DNA from: Candidatus Adlerbacteria bacterium
GTDB taxonomy: Bacteria > Patescibacteriota > Minisyncoccia > Phycocordibacterales > SBAW01
Direction: 5' to 3'
NCBI GenBank assembly: GCA_903840375.1
Contig: CAIMFR010000008.1
Span: 1-39,176 of the forward strand
Length of the DNA stretch: 39,176 bases
The notes beneath the pieces are model-generated. The model saw nothing but the letters and a program-made list of their open reading frames with translations, made no database searches and was not told where the DNA came from. The number at the start of each line of letters is the position of its first letter. The first letter of the stretch is position 1. A program made the position numbers and the translations under genes. Shown here piece by piece: positions 37,794 to 39,176 of this stretch.

Positions 37794-37899
37794 CGATGTC
37801 GGTCGGCTGTCCACACTGGATTGGCGCAACAAGCTGATGCTGTAGTACAATTGTTGTGTCGAAAGTACTTCATTATTATTTTATTTAACTTTGTTTATC

Positions 37900-38595
37900 A
37901 TGATAGTCCAGACATGGGTTGATGTGCTCAAGCAGTCGTCCTACAACCTCTTGTGGGGCGTTGTTAATTTTCTTCCAAGTTTCTTGTTCGCAGTGATTAT
38001 TCTTATCATTGGTTGGTTTGTTGGTGTGTTGGTAGGCCGCATCATTACGGAGGCCGTCCGTGCGTTGAAGGTTGACCACGCTCTCAAGGCATCGGGTGTT
38101 GAGGATATGGTGAAACGTGCAGGGTATCGACTCGACTCCGGTATGTTCATCGGAGCCCTGTTCAAATGGTTTATCATCGTCATATTCCTCGTTGCATCGC
38201 TACAGGTGATGGGCTTGGTGCAGGTGACGATGTTCCTTCAGCAAATAGTTATGGGATTCCTCCCGAACGTGATAGTCGCAGTCCTTATCCTCCTTGTGGC
38301 GGCTGTAGTCGCTGAAGTTGCACAGGGTGTCGTGAGCGGCTCGGCTCGTGCAGCAGGCGTTCCTGGTGCAGGTTTCGCCGGCACTGTCGCTCGCTGGTCT
38401 GTATGGCTCTTTGCAGTCATGGCGGCACTCGAGCAGCTTCAGATCGCACAGGGTGTTCTCCAGACACTCTTCACCGGAGTTGTTGTCGCACTTGCACTCG
38501 GTTTCGGACTCTCGTTCGGGCTCGGCGGTCAAGAGGCGGCGGCTCGAGCAATCGAGCGCGTTCGCGATCAGATGAAGAATCATCACAACGGCTAG
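37900..38595 (+). CDS. TM-helix-repeat membrane protein (MscS/CmpX-like)
   Basis: Repeated FLP...AV.IL..G; AALEQLQIA; ALALGFGLSFGLGGQEAA. Confidence 0.8.
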   Translation: MIVQTWVDVLKQSSYNLLWGVVNFLPSFLFAVIILIIGWFVGVLVGRIITEAVRALKVDHALKASGVEDMVKRAGYRLDSGMFIGALFKWFIIVIFLVASLQVMGLVQVTMFLQQIVMGFLPNVIVAVLILLVAAVVAEVAQGVVSGSARAAGVPGAGFAGTVARWSVWLFAVMAALEQLQIAQGVLQTLFTGVVVALALGFGLSFGLGGQEAAARAIERVRDQMKNHHNG

Positions 38596-38622
38596 TTTTA
38601 GCCAACTTGCTAGAAAGTTCAC

Positions 38623-38662
38623 AACCCACCGCGCGGCAAGAGCCGCGCGGTGGGTTCGTTTT
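38623..38662 (+). terminator. Intrinsic terminator
   Basis: Perfect 15-bp stem AACCCACCGCGCGGC/GCCGCGCGGTGGGTT. Confidence 0.8.
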
Positions 38663-38669
38663 AGTCAGC

Positions 38670-38697
38670 TTGACAATTCGAGAGTGTCATGTATACT
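38670..38697 (+). promoter_or_regulatory. Near-consensus sigma70 promoter with overlapping inverted repeat
   Basis: TTGACA-16 nt-TATACT; TGACA-N9-TGTCA overlaps the -35 and spacer. Confidence 0.75.
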
Positions 38698-38733
38698 TTG
38701 TGTTGGAGCTTAACTTGAACAGAGGAGGTCACA

Positions 38734-39099
38734 ATGACCAAGGTCAACAGTGAAATAAACATGGTCAATGTCGGTGGTATATATTATCCGGAGGACAGTA
38801 TTCTGGCTTTTATTGCCAGCTGCCGGGCCGGAGGAAATACCAACAACCTTCCGGATTACGATGAGATCGGCAGCCTGCGGCTGATGCCGGACGGACGAAG
38901 CGTTAGGAAGCAGCAGCAAGTTTCCCCGGAAGTCGTTGCCGACTATTTGGCAAAGCGCAGGGCTCTCTATGGTGGGAAACGACAGCCAGAACCTCCGCCT
39001 CAACCACAGTTGCAATTGTTGCCATTGCATGAGAATCCCGGAAGAAGGGATGAGACCTCTGACCCCTACGACGTAACGCACTTTAATATAAAGGTCTAA
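38734..39099 (+). CDS. Orphan hypothetical protein (121 aa)
   Basis: SD AGGAGGT, own promoter, downstream CCCCTC...GAGGGG hairpin. Confidence 0.65.
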   Translation: MTKVNSEINMVNVGGIYYPEDSILAFIASCRAGGNTNNLPDYDEIGSLRLMPDGRSVRKQQQVSPEVVADYLAKRRALYGGKRQPEPPPQPQLQLLPLHENPGRRDETSDPYDVTHFNIKV

Positions 39100-39176
39100 G
39101 AATGGAGCATCAGAGCACTGTGCATAGGAAATACCCCTCTCGTTTCAATCGTCTTACAAACGAAAAGAACGAGGGG

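Noticed and set aside
1..39176. CRISPR arrays, tRNA/rRNA genes, transposases, stop-codon recoding
   Set aside because: None seen; conserved genes end at TGA normally and have no internal TGA

Overview
This is a 39 kb chromosomal segment in standard genetic code 11 (TGA is used as stop). Its gene content and style fit a Patescibacteria/CPR (Parcubacteria/OD1-like) bacterium, which is an inference. Core genes are thyA (3' end), glyA, argS, ileS, recO, glyS, metG, tatD, rpsF-ssb-rpsR, efp, an ECF sigma factor, recA, ftsK, a peroxiredoxin, and rplJ-rplL with an L10 leader. There is also a cell-surface cluster: a 1179 aa S-layer-like protein, TPR, adhesin-like and peptidoglycan-binding proteins, and a GYSQG hydrolase. 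No rRNA, tRNA, CRISPR array or transposase was seen. Five observations stand out. (1) Long palindromic elements sit in-frame inside argS (two) and ileS (one). Two of them share an identical internal-loop core (AAATGGTCTGGC...GAGAACCGAGGACCTTT) while their stems differ and they are read in different frames, which suggests a structured 'coding' repeat or mobile RNA-motif family. (2) A wHTH gene divergent from ftsK has dense (A/G)GACA/TGTC(C/T) repeats over its promoter and its own coding sequence. (3) Core genes look pervasively leaderless, whereas small orphan cassettes carry strong Shine-Dalgarno (SD) sequences. (4) IleRS carries an inserted histidine-phosphatase domain. (5) There is a frameshifted HAD pseudogene and a perfect 34-bp palindrome.
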